From Lama glama (taxonomy: Eukaryota), in contig CM052822.1 in the NCBI GenBank assembly GCA_028534125.1, forward strand, positions 68,572,001 to 68,636,000: a stretch of 64,000 bases of DNA, written 5' to 3'. Both the position numbers and the translations under genes were made by a program. The notes under the pieces were generated by a model. It saw only the letters and a list, made by a program, of their open reading frames with translations. It was not told the DNA's origin and searched no databases. This document shows, in pieces, positions 62,882 to 64,000 of this stretch. Each line of letters starts with the position of its first letter. Positions within the stretch are counted from its first letter, which is position 1.

Positions 62882-64000
62882 TTGTGCAGAATGAAATGGA
62901 AGGAGTTGAAAATGGACATGAGAGACCATTTGAGGAATTTCTGTTAAATTTCAGCCCCTGAATGAAGGTAGAAGACAGTGTTTACCAGCTTTAGAGATCT
63001 TACTTTTCCCTGACCCATGATCATTTTTCCTCTCTCACCCTGGACAGTCTCCTCTCTATATTTGGGAGAAAAACAGGGGACCATGAATTCATTTAGTCAG
63101 GGAAAGAATCAGTTATAAGGTTCCTTTTTCTAATGATCTGATTTGGCCTTGAATTTAGGATCTAGGATTGAATTAAAGGAATCAAGACTCTAGGACTGAT
63201 TTAAGGAAGTTGGTTCTGAAAAAGGAGTTCTGAGAAAAAAGATCTTGGTCTATGATCTTTGGATTTCTTCATTTGCCAGCAACCTTCCTTTCACATTTGT
63301 GCTCCCCGCCCACCTCTCCCTCACCCCGGGTCTGTTGTCACATGATCCAGCACAGCTGCTTCAAGGCTAACAGGCAGATATTAATTAGCACAGACTTCCT
63401 GGATGGCTGTCAGCATGGTTCCATGGGATAAGGACCTCTGGGATGTGTACTTCTTTCCAAGGCAGTCTGCAATTCCTGATTTCTAGGATCTGCACAGTTA
63501 ACACTGAAATGGAAACATATGCCTGTAGGCTCTGGGGATAGACTCAATATATTTCATTCCAAGAGATTATAAATTGATGCAATTTTTTGGAAGGCAATTT
63601 TATAAGAGATTGGAAAATGCAACATAATTTTAAAAATTATAAATGTATTTTAAAAAGTATAGAGGCTTGTATGCAAGAATTATATTGCAGTATTGTTGGT
63701 AATGATCAAAAATTGAAAACAATTCAGTGTCCATCAGTAAGGAAATGGTTAAACAGTGATTACATATTCATAAGGAGAATATGAAGAAATTATTGAAAAG
63801 ACAGTAGACCGAGATGTACTACAGTATATTACATGGCAAAAAGGCAAGTTTCAGGACAGTGTATATGATGAAATACTACTTGGAAAAAAGTATATGGTTA
63901 TATATCCAGTCTATGCATAGATAATTTCTGTATGGATACATGAGAGATTAATAAAAGTATTTAGCTCTCAAATGGAACATCTCTAGAGAGATATTTGATT

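Noticed and set aside
48700-64000. Olfactory receptor (OR9A-type) genes expected downstream by synteny
   Set aside because: No OR motifs (PMYFFL, MAYDRYVAIC, KAFSTC) seen in the ORF track or by eye.
1-64000. CRISPR arrays, operons, rRNA or true tRNA genes
   Set aside because: Mammalian DNA with no regular repeat-spacer arrays; the tRNA-like boxes belong to SINEs.

Overview
Mammalian genomic DNA, probably camelid (two tRNA-derived SINEs resemble the camelid Vic-1 type), syntenic with the TAS2R3-TAS2R4-TAS2R5-PRSS37 cluster of human 7q34. In order it holds: the 3' end of TAS2R3; an intact TAS2R4; a decayed 3' remnant of a TAS2R5 paralogue (TAS2R6P-like position); a disabled TAS2R5; and an intact five-exon PRSS37 on the minus strand (235 aa). 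Head-to-head with PRSS37, and invisible in the ORF track, is an intron-containing PRSS58/PRSS37-family pseudogene on the plus strand (exons 2-5 recovered, each damaged). Its intron 2 carries a ~2.1 kb retrocopied 3'UTR. A speculative small spliced minus-strand gene or set of upstream exons lies just 5' of PRSS37. The last 9 kb is a cluster of young ERV solo LTRs, including one nested inside another with both target-site duplications intact. The rest is L1, L2, MIR, MLT and MER repeats plus two assembly gaps. No prokaryote-type system is present, and nearly all short ORFs in the track are spurious. Homologue comparisons were made from memory, not by database search.
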